This document shows, one piece after another, positions 24,758 to 36,059 of a stretch of 62,515 bases of DNA. Numbering within the stretch: position 1 is the stretch's first letter; each line of letters begins with the position of its first letter. The position numbers were made by a program, and so were the translations under genes. This DNA comes from Pseudomonadales bacterium (GTDB lineage: Bacteria; Pseudomonadota; Gammaproteobacteria; Pseudomonadales; JBFGWM01), in assembly GCA_041682035.1 (NCBI GenBank), contig JBFKKR010000003.1, forward strand, positions 1 to 62,515. Reading direction: 5' to 3'. The notes under the pieces are model-generated. The model was given only the letters and a program-made list of their open reading frames with translations. It did no database searches and was not told the DNA's origin.

Positions 24758-25480
24758 CTACAGGGCTACATCCAGGGCTTCCCGCTGGGCACGGAACAGC
24801 TCTTCCATGCCACGCTCGGCCAGGCCCAGCATGTCCTCCAGTTCGGCGCGCGAGAATGCCGCGCCCTCCGCGGTTCCCTGGATCTCGATGAAGCCCTTGC
24901 CGGCCGCCATGACCACGTTGAGGTCAGTGCCGGCCTTGCTGTCCTCGGCGTAATCCAGGTCCAGCACCGGCAGGCCAGCGAACACACCGACCGATACGGC
25001 GGCAACCTGCGTCACGTCCGCGTCCTGGCAGGAGCGGCCCTTCGCCTTCACCGTGGCGATGGCGTCCATCAGCGCCACCCAGCCACCGGTGATCGAGGCG
25101 GTGCGCGTCCCGCCGTCGGCCTGCAGCACGTCGCAGTCGATGATGAAGGTATGATCGCCCAGCGTGCCCAGGTCGACCGCGGCCCGCAGCGAGCGGCCGA
25201 TCAGGCGCTGGATCTCCAGCGTGCGCCCGCCCTGCCGCCCGCGCGCGGACTCGCGCGCCATACGCGAACCGGTGGAACGCGGCAGCATGCCGTACTCGGC
25301 GGTGATCCAGCCCCGGCCCTCGCCGCGCATGAAGCGGGGCACGCCGACCTCCACGGTGGCGGTGCAGAGCACGCGGGTCTCGCCGAACTCCACCAGCACC
25401 GAGCCCTCCGCGTGACGCGTGTAGTTTCGGGTGATGCGCACCGGGCGTAGCTGGTCCGGCGTTCTGCCACTCGGGCGCAT
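24758..25480 (-). CDS. rph: Ribonuclease PH
   Basis: [41 protein letters not shown]...; uses an internal start of ORF 24758..26437. Confidence 0.95.
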   Translation of the reverse strand: MRPSGRTPDQLRPVRITRNYTRHAEGSVLVEFGETRVLCTATVEVGVPRFMRGEGRGWITAEYGMLPRSTGSRMARESARGRQGGRTLEIQRLIGRSLRAAVDLGTLGDHTFIIDCDVLQADGGTRTASITGGWVALMDAIATVKAKGRSCQDADVTQVAAVSVGVFAGLPVLDLDYAEDSKAGTDLNVVMAAGKGFIEIQGTAEGAAFSRAELEDMLGLAERGMEELFRAQREALDVAL

Positions 25481-25588
25481 GGGCGGTCTCCTGATTGCGG
25501 GGCGCGCCATTATAGCTGTATCGCATCGCCGTATCGCGCCACCATGGTCCGGCCTACAATGCGGCTCAGCAGCAAAGGGAGGCATTGC

Positions 25589-27105
<1,517 letters not shown>

Positions 27106-27150
27106 GCTGTAGAATCGCCCCCCTTCCCAGATTTTCACCCGAGGAACACC

Positions 27151-27423
27151 ATGGCACGCGTCACCGTAGAGGACTGCCTGGACAAGGTCGACAACCGCTT
27201 CGAGCTGGTGATCCTGGCCACGCGCCGGGCCCGCAACCTGATCAATACCGGCAAGGACCCGCTGGTCGCGCCGGAAAACGACAAGCCCACCGTTATCGCG
27301 CTGCGCGAGATCGCCGAAGGCACCGTGACCCGCGAGTACCTGGACCAGATGGACGCCGAAGCCGCCGCCGAGGAGCGCTTCGAGGAAGTCCGGCAGGAAG
27401 AGGACCTCGACGGCCCCGCCTGA
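27151..27423 (+). CDS. rpoZ: DNA-directed RNA polymerase subunit omega
   Basis: Begins [30 protein letters not shown]. Confidence 0.95.
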   Translation: MARVTVEDCLDKVDNRFELVILATRRARNLINTGKDPLVAPENDKPTVIALREIAEGTVTREYLDQMDAEAAAEERFEEVRQEEDLDGPA

Positions 27424-27518
27424 CCCCCATCGCCCGCGCCGCCGGCTGGCTGAATCCGGAAAACTGGTACACTTTCAGACAGGTACCATGAACGCTGTCA
27501 CCGGACAGCCAGCCAGCA

Positions 27519-29621
27519 TTGCAAGACATCCGCGTTTTCGCAGAACGCCTCGAGGCCTACCTGGGCCCGGAGCAGGTCCGCCAGGTATGCCGGGCGTATT
27601 ACTACGCGGAACAGGCCCACGACGGCCAGTGCCGACAGACCGGCGATCCCTACATCAGTCACCCGCTGCAGGTCGCCAACATCCTGGCCGACATGCACAT
27701 GGATGCGCAGAGCCTGATGGCGGCGCTGCTTCACGACGTCATCGAGGACACCGGCATCTCCCGGGACGACCTCGCCGGCCAGTTCGGAGAACAGGTCGCT
27801 GAACTGGTCGAAGGGGTCAGCAAGCTCAAGCACATCCAGTTCGAATCCCGCGCCCAGGCCCAGGCCGAGAATTTCCAGAAGATGGCGCTGGCCATGGCGC
27901 GCGACATCCGCGTGATCCTGGTCAAGCTCGCTGACCGCCTGCACAACATGCGCACCCTCTACGCGCTCGGCGCGGAGAAGCGCCGCCGCATCTCGCGAGA
28001 GACGCTGGAGATGTACGCGCCGATCGCGCACCGGCTGGGCATGCACAACCTGCGCGTGGAACTCGAAGAACTGGGGTTCCGCAGCCTCTACCCGATGCGC
28101 GCCGAGCGCATCCAGGCGGCGGTTCTCTCCAGCCGGGGCCACCGCAAGGAACTGATCGAGAAGATCCGCGAGGCGCTGGTGGAGTGCCTCGCCCGCGAGA
28201 AGCTGGAAGGGCGCATCCTCGGGCGCGAGAAACACCTCTACAGCATCTACCGCAAGATGAAGGAGAAACACCGCTCGTTCCACGAGATCATGGACGTTTA
28301 CGCATTCCGCATCATCGTCCGCGATGTCGATACCTGCTACCGGGTGCTGGGCGCCGTGCACAACTACTACAAGCCGGTGCCGGGACGCTTCAAGGACTAC
28401 ATCGCCATCCCCAAGGCCAACGGCTACCAGTCCCTGCACACCAGCCTGCTCGGCATGCACGCCGTACCCATTGAAATCCAGATCCGCACCGAGGAAATGG
28501 AGGCCATGGCCAACAACGGCATCGCCGCGCACTGGCTCTACAAGATGGACGCCGACGCCGGTACCCATCACCGGGCGCGCGAGTGGGTCAAGGGCCTGCT
28601 GGAACTGCAGAAACACGCCGGCAACTCGCTGGAATTCATCGAGAACGTGAAGAACGACCTGTTCCCGGACGAGATCTACCTGTTCACGCCCAAGGGCAAC
28701 ATCCTGACGCTGCCGCACGACGCCACGCCGGTGGATTTCGCCTACGCGGTTCACACCGACGTCGGCCACTCCTGCGTCGCCTGCCGCATCGACCGGCGGC
28801 TGGCACCGCTGAGCGAGAAGCTCGTCAGCGGACAGACGGTGGAGATCATCACCGCGCCCGGCGCGCGCCCCAATCCCGGCTGGCTCAGCTTCGCGGTCTC
28901 CGGCAAGGCGCGTTCCAACATCCGGCATTTCCTCAAGCGCCAGGAGCGCTCCGACTCCGAGGCACTCGGCCAGCGCCTGCTGAACAAGGCCCTCGCCGCC
29001 ATGGAGACCAGCATGGACATGGTTTCCCAGGACCAGCTGGAGGCGCTGCTCCGGGACTGCCACTGCAACTCGCTGCCCGACCTCTACGCGGAGATCGGCA
29101 TCGGCAACCGGCTGGCGGGCGCGGTCGCACGCCAGTTGCTGCCCGCCGTCAGCCAGCACGAGGGTCCGGAACACGTGCCCGAACTGGTGGTGTCGGGGCG
29201 GGAAGGCGCGGTCATCACCTGCGCCCGCTGCTGCCACCCGATTCCCGGCGACCCCATCGTCGGCCACATCAGTTCCGGCCGCGGCATGGTGATCCACCGC
29301 GAGGGCTGCCGCAACATCGCCGAGTTCGCCGATGACCCGAACAAGTGCGTGCACCTGCGCTGGGACGACAAGGTCAGCGGCGAGTTCCTGGTCGACCTGC
29401 GGCTGGAGTGCGGCAACGAACGCGGCGTGCTGGCGATGGTCGCCACCTCCATCACCGAGGCCGAGGCCGGCATCGAGCGCCTGTCTGTCGAGGAGCGCGA
29501 CGCCCGCTTCTCCAATCTGTTCGTCTCCCTGCGGCTGCGTGACCGCGTGCAGCTCGCGCGCGTGATGAAGGGCCTGCGCAAGCTGCCGGCCATCACCCGC
29601 ATCACCCGCGTGCGCAACTGA
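27519..29621 (+). CDS. spoT: Bifunctional (p)ppGpp synthetase/hydrolase SpoT
   Basis: 700 aa with a TTG start. Has an HD hydrolase domain ([15 protein letters not shown]), a synthetase domain ([19 protein letters not shown]), and TGS and ACT C-terminal regions. Located downstream of rpoZ. Confidence 0.93.
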   Translation: MQDIRVFAERLEAYLGPEQVRQVCRAYYYAEQAHDGQCRQTGDPYISHPLQVANILADMHMDAQSLMAALLHDVIEDTGISRDDLAGQFGEQVAELVEGVSKLKHIQFESRAQAQAENFQKMALAMARDIRVILVKLADRLHNMRTLYALGAEKRRRISRETLEMYAPIAHRLGMHNLRVELEELGFRSLYPMRAERIQAAVLSSRGHRKELIEKIREALVECLAREKLEGRILGREKHLYSIYRKMKEKHRSFHEIMDVYAFRIIVRDVDTCYRVLGAVHNYYKPVPGRFKDYIAIPKANGYQSLHTSLLGMHAVPIEIQIRTEEMEAMANNGIAAHWLYKMDADAGTHHRAREWVKGLLELQKHAGNSLEFIENVKNDLFPDEIYLFTPKGNILTLPHDATPVDFAYAVHTDVGHSCVACRIDRRLAPLSEKLVSGQTVEIITAPGARPNPGWLSFAVSGKARSNIRHFLKRQERSDSEALGQRLLNKALAAMETSMDMVSQDQLEALLRDCHCNSLPDLYAEIGIGNRLAGAVARQLLPAVSQHEGPEHVPELVVSGREGAVITCARCCHPIPGDPIVGHISSGRGMVIHREGCRNIAEFADDPNKCVHLRWDDKVSGEFLVDLRLECGNERGVLAMVATSITEAEAGIERLSVEERDARFSNLFVSLRLRDRVQLARVMKGLRKLPAITRITRVRN

Positions 29622-29697
29622 TCACGTCCATCGTTCCTGCACCGCATCCCATGGTGGTAGGATTCCGTCCCATTCCCGCACGATCCAGGAGAGCCCC

Positions 29698-30090
29698 GTG
29701 AGCGAGCGCCGCATCATCCAGACAGAACAGGCGCCTGCCGCCATTGGCACCTATTCCCAGGCCGTCGCCGTCGGCAGCCAGGTGTTCCTGTCGGGACAGA
29801 TCGCTCTTGATCCCTCGACCATGGAACTGGTCGGTGGTGACATCGACGCCCAGATCGAGCAGGTGTTCCGGAACCTCGCGGCGGTGGCGGAAGCGGCGGG
29901 CGGCTCGCTGCGGGACGTGGTCAAGCTGAACGTTTTCCTCGTCGACCTGGCCCACTTCCCGCGCGTCAACGAGATCATGGCGCGTCACTTCGCACAGCCC
30001 TACCCGGCACGCGCCGCCATTGGTGTCGCCGCTCTGCCGAAGGGCGCCGCCGTGGAGATGGACGCCGTCCTCATCCTGCCGGCCGCGTGA
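29698..30090 (+). CDS. ridA: RidA/YjgF family reactive-intermediate deaminase
   Basis: 130 aa with a GTG start. Contains [12 protein letters not shown] and [19 protein letters not shown]. Confidence 0.9.
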   Translation: MSERRIIQTEQAPAAIGTYSQAVAVGSQVFLSGQIALDPSTMELVGGDIDAQIEQVFRNLAAVAEAAGGSLRDVVKLNVFLVDLAHFPRVNEIMARHFAQPYPARAAIGVAALPKGAAVEMDAVLILPAA

Positions 30091-30133
30091 GCCGGCGGCG
30101 CCGCGGCGGGCCCGCGGTCATCACGCACGACCG

Positions 30134-32188
30134 ATGAGGCAACCGGAGGAACCGGTCACCTGCCTCGCGGGCGTCGGGCCGCGCGTCGCCGCGGTGCTGG
30201 CCCGGCTGGGCATCGAGACGCTGCTCGACCTCGTCCTGCACCTTCCCGCCGGCTACCAGGATCGCACCCGCATCGTGCCGCCCGCCCAGCTGCACGATGG
30301 CATGGAGGCGCTGACCCAGGGCCGCATCACCGCCAGCCGCGTGCAGTTCGGTCGCCGTCGCAGCCTGCTGGTGCAGCTGACCGACAACCAGGTCCATCTG
30401 CAGGTGCGCTTTTTCCATTTCACCCGCGCGCAGCAGGAACGGTTCGACCGGGCGGTCTTCATGCGGGTATACGGCACGGTGCGCCTGGGTGGCGGCCAGC
30501 TGGGCATGGTGCACCCGGAATACCAGCTGTTCGATGGCGATCCACCGCCGGTGAACGGGGAGCTCACGCCGGTCTATCCCCTGACCGAGGGCATGACCCA
30601 GGGGCGGCTGCGCAGGCTCATCCGCGACGCCCTGGAACTTCTGGACGGCAGCGGGCTGGAACTGCTGCCGGGAGACGCGCTGCCGGCGGCGATGCGCATG
30701 CCGCTGCTGCAGGCACTGCAGGCCGCACACCATCCGGATGCCGGGCGACCGGAAGCGGACGCGGAAACCGCGCGCAAACGGCTGAAAATCGAGGAACTGG
30801 TGGCACATCGGCTCGCCATGCGGCGCCGGCGTGCGTACCGGGAATCGCTGTCCGCGCCGGCACTGGACCGGCGCGAACTGCAGCAGAAGCTGCTGGCTAC
30901 GCTGCCGTTTCAGCCGACCGGGGCGCAGCGGGAAGCCATCAACGAGATCAGCGCCGACCTGGCGCTGACGCAACCCATGCGCAGGCTGCTGCAGGGCGAT
31001 GTCGGCTGCGGCAAGACCGTGGTGGCCGCTGCCGCCGCCTGCCAGGCCGTCGCGTCCGGCCACCAGGTCGCCTTCATGGCACCCACCGAACTGCTGGCCG
31101 AGCAGCACGCGCGCACCCTCGGCGACTGGCTGGAACCGATCGGCTGCAGTGTCGGTTATCTCAGCGGACGGCTGCCGGTGCGCGACCGCCGCCCCGTGCT
31201 GGCCCGGGTGGAGAGCGGCGAGGTGTCCATCGTGGTCGGCACCCACGCGCTGTTCCAGGCGGAAGTCCGCTTCGCCAGGCTCGGCCTGGCGATCATCGAC
31301 GAGCAGCACCGCTTCGGCGTGGCCCAGCGGCTGGCGCTGGCGGACAAGGGGGCGGATGTCCGCCGTACGCCGCACCAGCTGATCATGACCGCCACGCCGA
31401 TTCCACGCACGCTCAGCATGACCTTCTACGGCGACATCGATTTCTCCGCCATCCGCGAACTGCCGCCGGGCCGCGCCCCCGTGCAGACCATCAGCCTGTC
31501 CGACGGGCGCCGGGGCGAGGTGATCGCCCGCATCGCGCAGGCCTGCGGCGCCGGACGGCAGGCCTACTGGGTGTGCACGCTGATCGAGGAGTCGGAGAAC
31601 CTGCAGGCGCAGGCGGCCGAGGAGGCCGCTGCCCTGCTGGCCGCGGAACTGCCTGCGTTGCGCATCGGCCTCGTGCACGGGCGCATGAAAAATGCCGAGC
31701 GCACACCGGTGATGGAGGCGTTCCGCCGGGGCGAGATCCACATCCTCGTCGCCACCACGGTGATCGAGGTCGGCGTGGACGTGCCCAACGCGAGCCTGAT
31801 GGTGATCGAGAACGCGGAACGGCTGGGCCTGTCGCAGCTGCACCAGCTGCGCGGCCGGGTCGGGCGCGGCGCGACCGAGAGCTTCTGCGTGCTGCTGTAC
31901 CAGTCCCCGCTCGGCGCCACCGCCCGCCGCCGCATCGCCATCATGCGCGAGACCACCGACGGGTTCCGCATCGCGGAGGAGGACCTGCAACTGCGCGGAC
32001 CCGGCGACCCGCTCGGCGCCCGCCAGGCCGGCGACCTGCAGTTCCGGATCGCCGACCCGGTCGGGGACGCGCGCCTGCTGCCGGTCGCCACAACGATCGG
32101 CGACCGGATCTGGCAGGAACACCCCGACCGCGTCGAACCGCTGATGCAGCGCTGGCTGCCCCAGCGTGGGCGCCTGCATGAGGCGTGA
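30134..32188 (+). CDS. recG: ATP-dependent DNA helicase RecG
   Basis: LLQGDVGCGKTVVA (Walker A), IIDEQHRFG (DEQH), and LHQLRGRVGRG. Uses an internal start of ORF 30020..32188. Confidence 0.93.
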   Translation: MRQPEEPVTCLAGVGPRVAAVLARLGIETLLDLVLHLPAGYQDRTRIVPPAQLHDGMEALTQGRITASRVQFGRRRSLLVQLTDNQVHLQVRFFHFTRAQQERFDRAVFMRVYGTVRLGGGQLGMVHPEYQLFDGDPPPVNGELTPVYPLTEGMTQGRLRRLIRDALELLDGSGLELLPGDALPAAMRMPLLQALQAAHHPDAGRPEADAETARKRLKIEELVAHRLAMRRRRAYRESLSAPALDRRELQQKLLATLPFQPTGAQREAINEISADLALTQPMRRLLQGDVGCGKTVVAAAAACQAVASGHQVAFMAPTELLAEQHARTLGDWLEPIGCSVGYLSGRLPVRDRRPVLARVESGEVSIVVGTHALFQAEVRFARLGLAIIDEQHRFGVAQRLALADKGADVRRTPHQLIMTATPIPRTLSMTFYGDIDFSAIRELPPGRAPVQTISLSDGRRGEVIARIAQACGAGRQAYWVCTLIEESENLQAQAAEEAAALLAAELPALRIGLVHGRMKNAERTPVMEAFRRGEIHILVATTVIEVGVDVPNASLMVIENAERLGLSQLHQLRGRVGRGATESFCVLLYQSPLGATARRRIAIMRETTDGFRIAEEDLQLRGPGDPLGARQAGDLQFRIADPVGDARLLPVATTIGDRIWQEHPDRVEPLMQRWLPQRGRLHEA

Positions 32189-32197
32189 GTTTTAGAG

Positions 32198-32320
32198 GGG
32201 TGGGAATTGTCAGGCTGAAGCCTGACCCACGAGCGCAGGACCCGGGCCTGTGGGCCGGACTTCAGTCTGGCACCTGACCCACGGGCACAGCGCCGGCAGG
32301 CCCGACTTCAGCCTGGCGCC
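32198..32320. repeat. Cluster of three REP-like hairpin elements (copies B1-B3) in the recG/rubredoxin-reductase convergent gap
   Basis: GTGGGaattGTCAGGCTgaAGCCTGACCCAC; GTGGGCCGGACTTCAGTCTGGcacctgaCCCAC; GGCCCGACTTCAGCCTGG. The last unit contributes the stop codon and last codons of the reductase gene. Confidence 0.7.
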
Positions 32321-33477
32321 TGGCCCGGAACCGGCAGCAGGTCCGGAACCTTTTTGGCCAGTTCGAAACGTTCCTTGATGCGTTCGCCGCAGAGCACGAA
32401 ACCACGGAGGGTGCCGTCTTCGTCACGGTACTCACCACGCAGATCGGTGCGCGCGGTTTCGATCAGCCACTCCCCCTCCAGGCCGCGCGGCGGCGGCAGG
32501 GCCACGACCGGGCAGGCGGGGGTCTTCACGGTGACCGGCATGGCGGGGTAGTGCACCGGCGTCGGCGTTCCGGCCAGCGTTTTCGCCAGTGCCCGCGCGC
32601 TCGCCATCAGCGGCAGGATGTATTGCAGAGAGTGACCACTCACTTCGGCGCAATCGCCCAAAGCATAGATGTTCTCGTCGCTGGTGCGGAGTTGCTGATC
32701 GGTGACGATGCCACGGCTCACCTGCAGTCCGGCCGCCTCGGCCAGGTTGATGCGCGGACGCAGCCCGATCGCGGATACCACCAGGTCGGCGGCCAGCGGG
32801 CCGTCCTCGTTCAGCTCCACGTGGTAACCGTCCCCGTCCCGGTGCACAGCCTGCACCAGCGGTCCGAGGTGGACCTTCACGCCCTTTTCCTCCAGCGCCT
32901 TCTGCAGCAGGCGCCCCGCGGAACCGGGCACCAGCAACTGCAGCAGGTGGTTGTCCGGCGCGACGATGGTGACCTCGAAACCGGCCTGGGTGAGATCGCT
33001 GGCGAACTCGCAGCCGATCAGGCCGGCGCCCATGATCAGGACGCGACGCTTCCCTTCCAGCCGCTGCCGGAAGACCGCATAGTCCTCCAGGTCGTTCACC
33101 GACAGCACGTCCTCCGCGCCGTCCCCGGTCAGTGGCGCGCGCAGCACCTGGGCGCCCCAGGCCAGTACCAGGCGGGAATAGCCGAACCGCTCGCCGTCGA
33201 TCTGCACCTCCCGCCGGGCCGGGTCGATGCCGGTCACGGTGGTACGGGTGCGCACGGTCGCGTTCAGCTGCACCGCCATGTCCTCCGGCATGGCCATGGC
33301 CAGCGAGTCGGCGTCCTTGCCCTTGTCGAAGGCCGCGCTCAGCATGGGCTTGGAATAGGAACGGCCGTCGTCGGCGGTGACGAGGGTCAGCGGGGTCGCG
33401 GGGTCCAGCTTGCGGAATTCCCGGGCGACGTTGTACCCGCCCAGGCCGGTGCCGATGATGACGACAGGCGCATCCAC
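32308..33477 (-). CDS. Rubredoxin-NAD(+) reductase (FAD-dependent pyridine nucleotide-disulfide oxidoreductase)
   Basis: 389 aa with VVIIGTGLGGYNVA and VLIMGAGLIGCEFA dinucleotide folds. Located directly downstream of the rubredoxin gene. Confidence 0.85.
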   Translation of the reverse strand: MDAPVVIIGTGLGGYNVAREFRKLDPATPLTLVTADDGRSYSKPMLSAAFDKGKDADSLAMAMPEDMAVQLNATVRTRTTVTGIDPARREVQIDGERFGYSRLVLAWGAQVLRAPLTGDGAEDVLSVNDLEDYAVFRQRLEGKRRVLIMGAGLIGCEFASDLTQAGFEVTIVAPDNHLLQLLVPGSAGRLLQKALEEKGVKVHLGPLVQAVHRDGDGYHVELNEDGPLAADLVVSAIGLRPRINLAEAAGLQVSRGIVTDQQLRTSDENIYALGDCAEVSGHSLQYILPLMASARALAKTLAGTPTPVHYPAMPVTVKTPACPVVALPPPRGLEGEWLIETARTDLRGEYRDEDGTLRGFVLCGERIKERFELAKKVPDLLPVPGQAPG

Positions 33478-33481
33478 GCCC

Positions 33482-33661
33482 TCAGCCCACCTGGATCATT
33501 TCGAAATCCATCTTGCTCACGCCGCAGTCGGGGCAGACCCAGTCATCCGGGATGTCATCCCAGCGGGTGCACGGCGCGATCCCTTCCTCCGGCAATCCTC
33601 TTTCCTCGTCGTAAATGAAGCCACAGACGATGCATTGCCACTGGTGCCAGCCACTGCTCAT
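33482..33661 (-). CDS. Rubredoxin
   Basis: [59 protein letters not shown], with two CxxCG knuckles. The start could be 33697. Confidence 0.9.
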   Translation of the reverse strand: MSSGWHQWQCIVCGFIYDEERGLPEEGIAPCTRWDDIPDDWVCPDCGVSKMDFEMIQVG

Positions 33662-33790
33662 TGGTTCGGGTATCTCCGCGTTTTGGGGCGCATACATTAC
33701 GGGCGCTGCCCGTCCATCGCAACCCGGCGAACTTGCTTCCGGTCCGGCTTTGACGCATCCTCGCCGCCATTTTACCGCGGGAACCAAGCC

Positions 33791-34351
33791 GTGCCGTCAC
33801 CCGAGCTCAGACGCCTGCCGGGCGCCTGCTGGCAGCCGAGGCCACGCCTGCGCGCGGGAGTCATCCCCGCCGGCCTGCGGCCCTGGCTGTTTGACGAGGA
33901 CTCGCTGACCCGACGGCTGGTGGCAGCCAGCCATGGCGATTTCGCCGTGCAGGTGCGCCGACAGTGGTGGGGTCGGGCCAGGCCCGACGAGGCGCGGCTG
34001 CTGGGCATCGCGCCCCGGCATGCCTGCCGCCTGCGCGAGGTGCTGCTGCTTGGGCAGGGTCAGCCCTGGGTGTTCGCCCGCAGCGTGCTGCCGGATGCCA
34101 GCCTGACCGGGCGCAGCCGCTTCCTCCGCCGGCTGCAGTCGCGCCCGCTGGGCGCGCTGCTGTTCCAGTCGCCTGGCACGGTACGCACCCGCGTGGAATA
34201 CGCGCCGTTCGCCGGCAGCGGCTTTCCCGGCAACCCGGACGGCGGCGTCGTCTGGGGACGCCGCAGCGTGTTCCTGTTCCAGGACAAGCCCCTGCTGGTT
34301 GGTGAGTACTTCCTTCCAGCGGTGGCTGCACAACGCTTCCCGGGCCGATAG
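33791..34351 (+). CDS. ubiC: Chorismate pyruvate-lyase
   Basis: GTG 33791 within ORF 33377..34351. Contains [35 protein letters not shown] and [15 protein letters not shown]. Located upstream of ubiA. Confidence 0.8.
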   Translation: MPSPELRRLPGACWQPRPRLRAGVIPAGLRPWLFDEDSLTRRLVAASHGDFAVQVRRQWWGRARPDEARLLGIAPRHACRLREVLLLGQGQPWVFARSVLPDASLTGRSRFLRRLQSRPLGALLFQSPGTVRTRVEYAPFAGSGFPGNPDGGVVWGRRSVFLFQDKPLLVGEYFLPAVAAQRFPGR

Positions 34352-34362
34352 ACTATCCGGCC

Positions 34363-35250
34363 ATGATCAAAACCGACCCGTATTTCGAGGCCGGCCTGGG
34401 CCGGCTGCGCGTCTACGCCGAGCTGATGCGCCTGCACCGGCCCATCGGCATCTTCCTGCTGCTGTGGCCGACCCTGTGGGCGCTGTGGATTGCCGGGTAT
34501 GGTGCGCCACACTGGAAAAATGTGCTGATCTTCGTACTGGGCGTCGTGCTGATGCGCTCGGCCGGCTGCGTCATCAACGATTACGCCGACCGCAACCTGG
34601 ACGGCCACGTCGCCCGTACGGTGGGCCGGCCACTGGTGACCGGCCGGGTGTCGCCACGCGAGGCGCTGGTGCTGTTCGGCGTCCTGTGCCTGCTGGCCTT
34701 TGGGCTGGTGCTGCTGACCAATCCGTTCACCGTCGCGCTGTCCTTTGGCGGCGTCGCGCTGGCGGCGCTCTACCCCTTCATGAAACGCTATACCTACCTG
34801 CCGCAGGTTTTCCTGGGCGCTGCCTTCGCCTGGGCGATACCAATGGCCTTCGCCGCCGAACGGGGTGAGCTGGTTCCGGAGACCTGGCTGCTCTACGCCA
34901 CCACGCTCGTTTGGACGGTCGCCTATGACACCCAGTACGCCATGGTCGACCGCCCGGACGACCTGAAGGCCGGGATCCGGTCCACCGCCATCCTGTTCGG
35001 CGACGCCGACCGCTTCATGATCGGCGTGCTGCAGGCCACCACGCTGTTCTGCCTGCTGATGCTGGGCGGCCGGCTGGAGGCCACGGCGCCCTACTACCTG
35101 GGCCTGGCCACCGCAGCCGGCCTGTTCGGCTGGCAGCACTACCTCATCCGCGACCGCAGCGGCCCGGGTTGTTTCGCGGCCTTCCTGCACAACAACTGGG
35201 TCGGCCTGGCGGTCTTTCTCGGTATCTTCCTGCACTACCTGCAGGTTTGA
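34363..35250 (+). CDS. ubiA: 4-hydroxybenzoate octaprenyltransferase
   Basis: 295 aa polytopic membrane protein with NDYADRNLD and the second Asp-rich motif [13 protein letters not shown]. Confidence 0.93.
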   Translation: MIKTDPYFEAGLGRLRVYAELMRLHRPIGIFLLLWPTLWALWIAGYGAPHWKNVLIFVLGVVLMRSAGCVINDYADRNLDGHVARTVGRPLVTGRVSPREALVLFGVLCLLAFGLVLLTNPFTVALSFGGVALAALYPFMKRYTYLPQVFLGAAFAWAIPMAFAAERGELVPETWLLYATTLVWTVAYDTQYAMVDRPDDLKAGIRSTAILFGDADRFMIGVLQATTLFCLLMLGGRLEATAPYYLGLATAAGLFGWQHYLIRDRSGPGCFAAFLHNNWVGLAVFLGIFLHYLQV

Positions 35251-35272
35251 CAGATTCGGCCACACCGGCCTG

Positions 35273-35306
35273 AATTCATGAAACCGTAACCTCCGGGTCA
35301 TCTAAT
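35273..35306 (+). promoter_or_regulatory. Candidate Pho box plus -10 element upstream of phoB
   Basis: The sequence reads AATTCAT-gaaa-CCGTAAC (a 7+4+7 direct repeat, each half matching CTGTCAT at 4 of 7 positions), then 10 nt, then TCTAAT. Confidence 0.5.
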
Positions 35307-35318
35307 GGGGCGCAGGCA

Positions 35319-36035
35319 ATGGCAAACCCGAAGCAACCCATGAGTATCCAGCAAAAGAAGGTGCTGATCGTCGACGACGAGGCGCCGATCCGGAAGATGG
35401 TCCGCATGGCGCTGGAAGTCGCCGACTTCCAGGCCCTGGAGGCCGAGAACGCGGACGTGGCCTGGCGCGTGATCCACGACGAGAAGCCCGACCTGGTGCT
35501 GCTCGACTGGATGATGCCCGGCGTCAGCGGCATCGAGTTCGCGCGGCGCCTGCAGCGCGACGAGAACACCCGCGACCTGCCCATCATCATGCTGACCGCC
35601 AAGACGGAAGAGGACAACAGGATCCAGGGGCTGGAGGCTGGCGCGGACGATTACGTCCCCAAGCCATTCTCCCCGCGCGAGCTGATCGCCCGCATCCGCG
35701 CCGTGCTGCGCCGCACCACGCCGCCGGGGGTCGACCAGCCGGTGGAGGTCAACGGCCTGGTGCTGGACCCGGTCTCGCGCCGGGTGGCCGCCAACGGCGT
35801 CGAGCTGCAGCTGGGCCCGACCGAGTACCGGCTCCTGCAGTTTTTCCTTTCCCACCAGGAACGCGCCTACAGCCGCGCGCAACTGCTCGACAACGTCTGG
35901 GGCAGCAACGTCTACATTGAAGAACGGACCATCGATGTCCACATCCGCCGGCTGCGAAAGGCGCTCGAACCCACCGGGCACGATCAGCTGATCCAGACCG
36001 TCCGCGGCATGGGGTATCGCTGCTCCGTCCAGTAA
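35319..36035 (+). CDS. phoB: Phosphate regulon response regulator PhoB
   Basis: KKVLIVDDEAPIRKMV, the receiver Asp in DLVLLDWMMPG, and a winged-helix C-terminus TVRGMGYR. The start could be 35340. Confidence 0.93.
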   Translation: MANPKQPMSIQQKKVLIVDDEAPIRKMVRMALEVADFQALEAENADVAWRVIHDEKPDLVLLDWMMPGVSGIEFARRLQRDENTRDLPIIMLTAKTEEDNRIQGLEAGADDYVPKPFSPRELIARIRAVLRRTTPPGVDQPVEVNGLVLDPVSRRVAANGVELQLGPTEYRLLQFFLSHQERAYSRAQLLDNVWGSNVYIEERTIDVHIRRLRKALEPTGHDQLIQTVRGMGYRCSVQ

Positions 36036-36059
36036 CCACCGGGCCCGGGGAGGGCAGCC

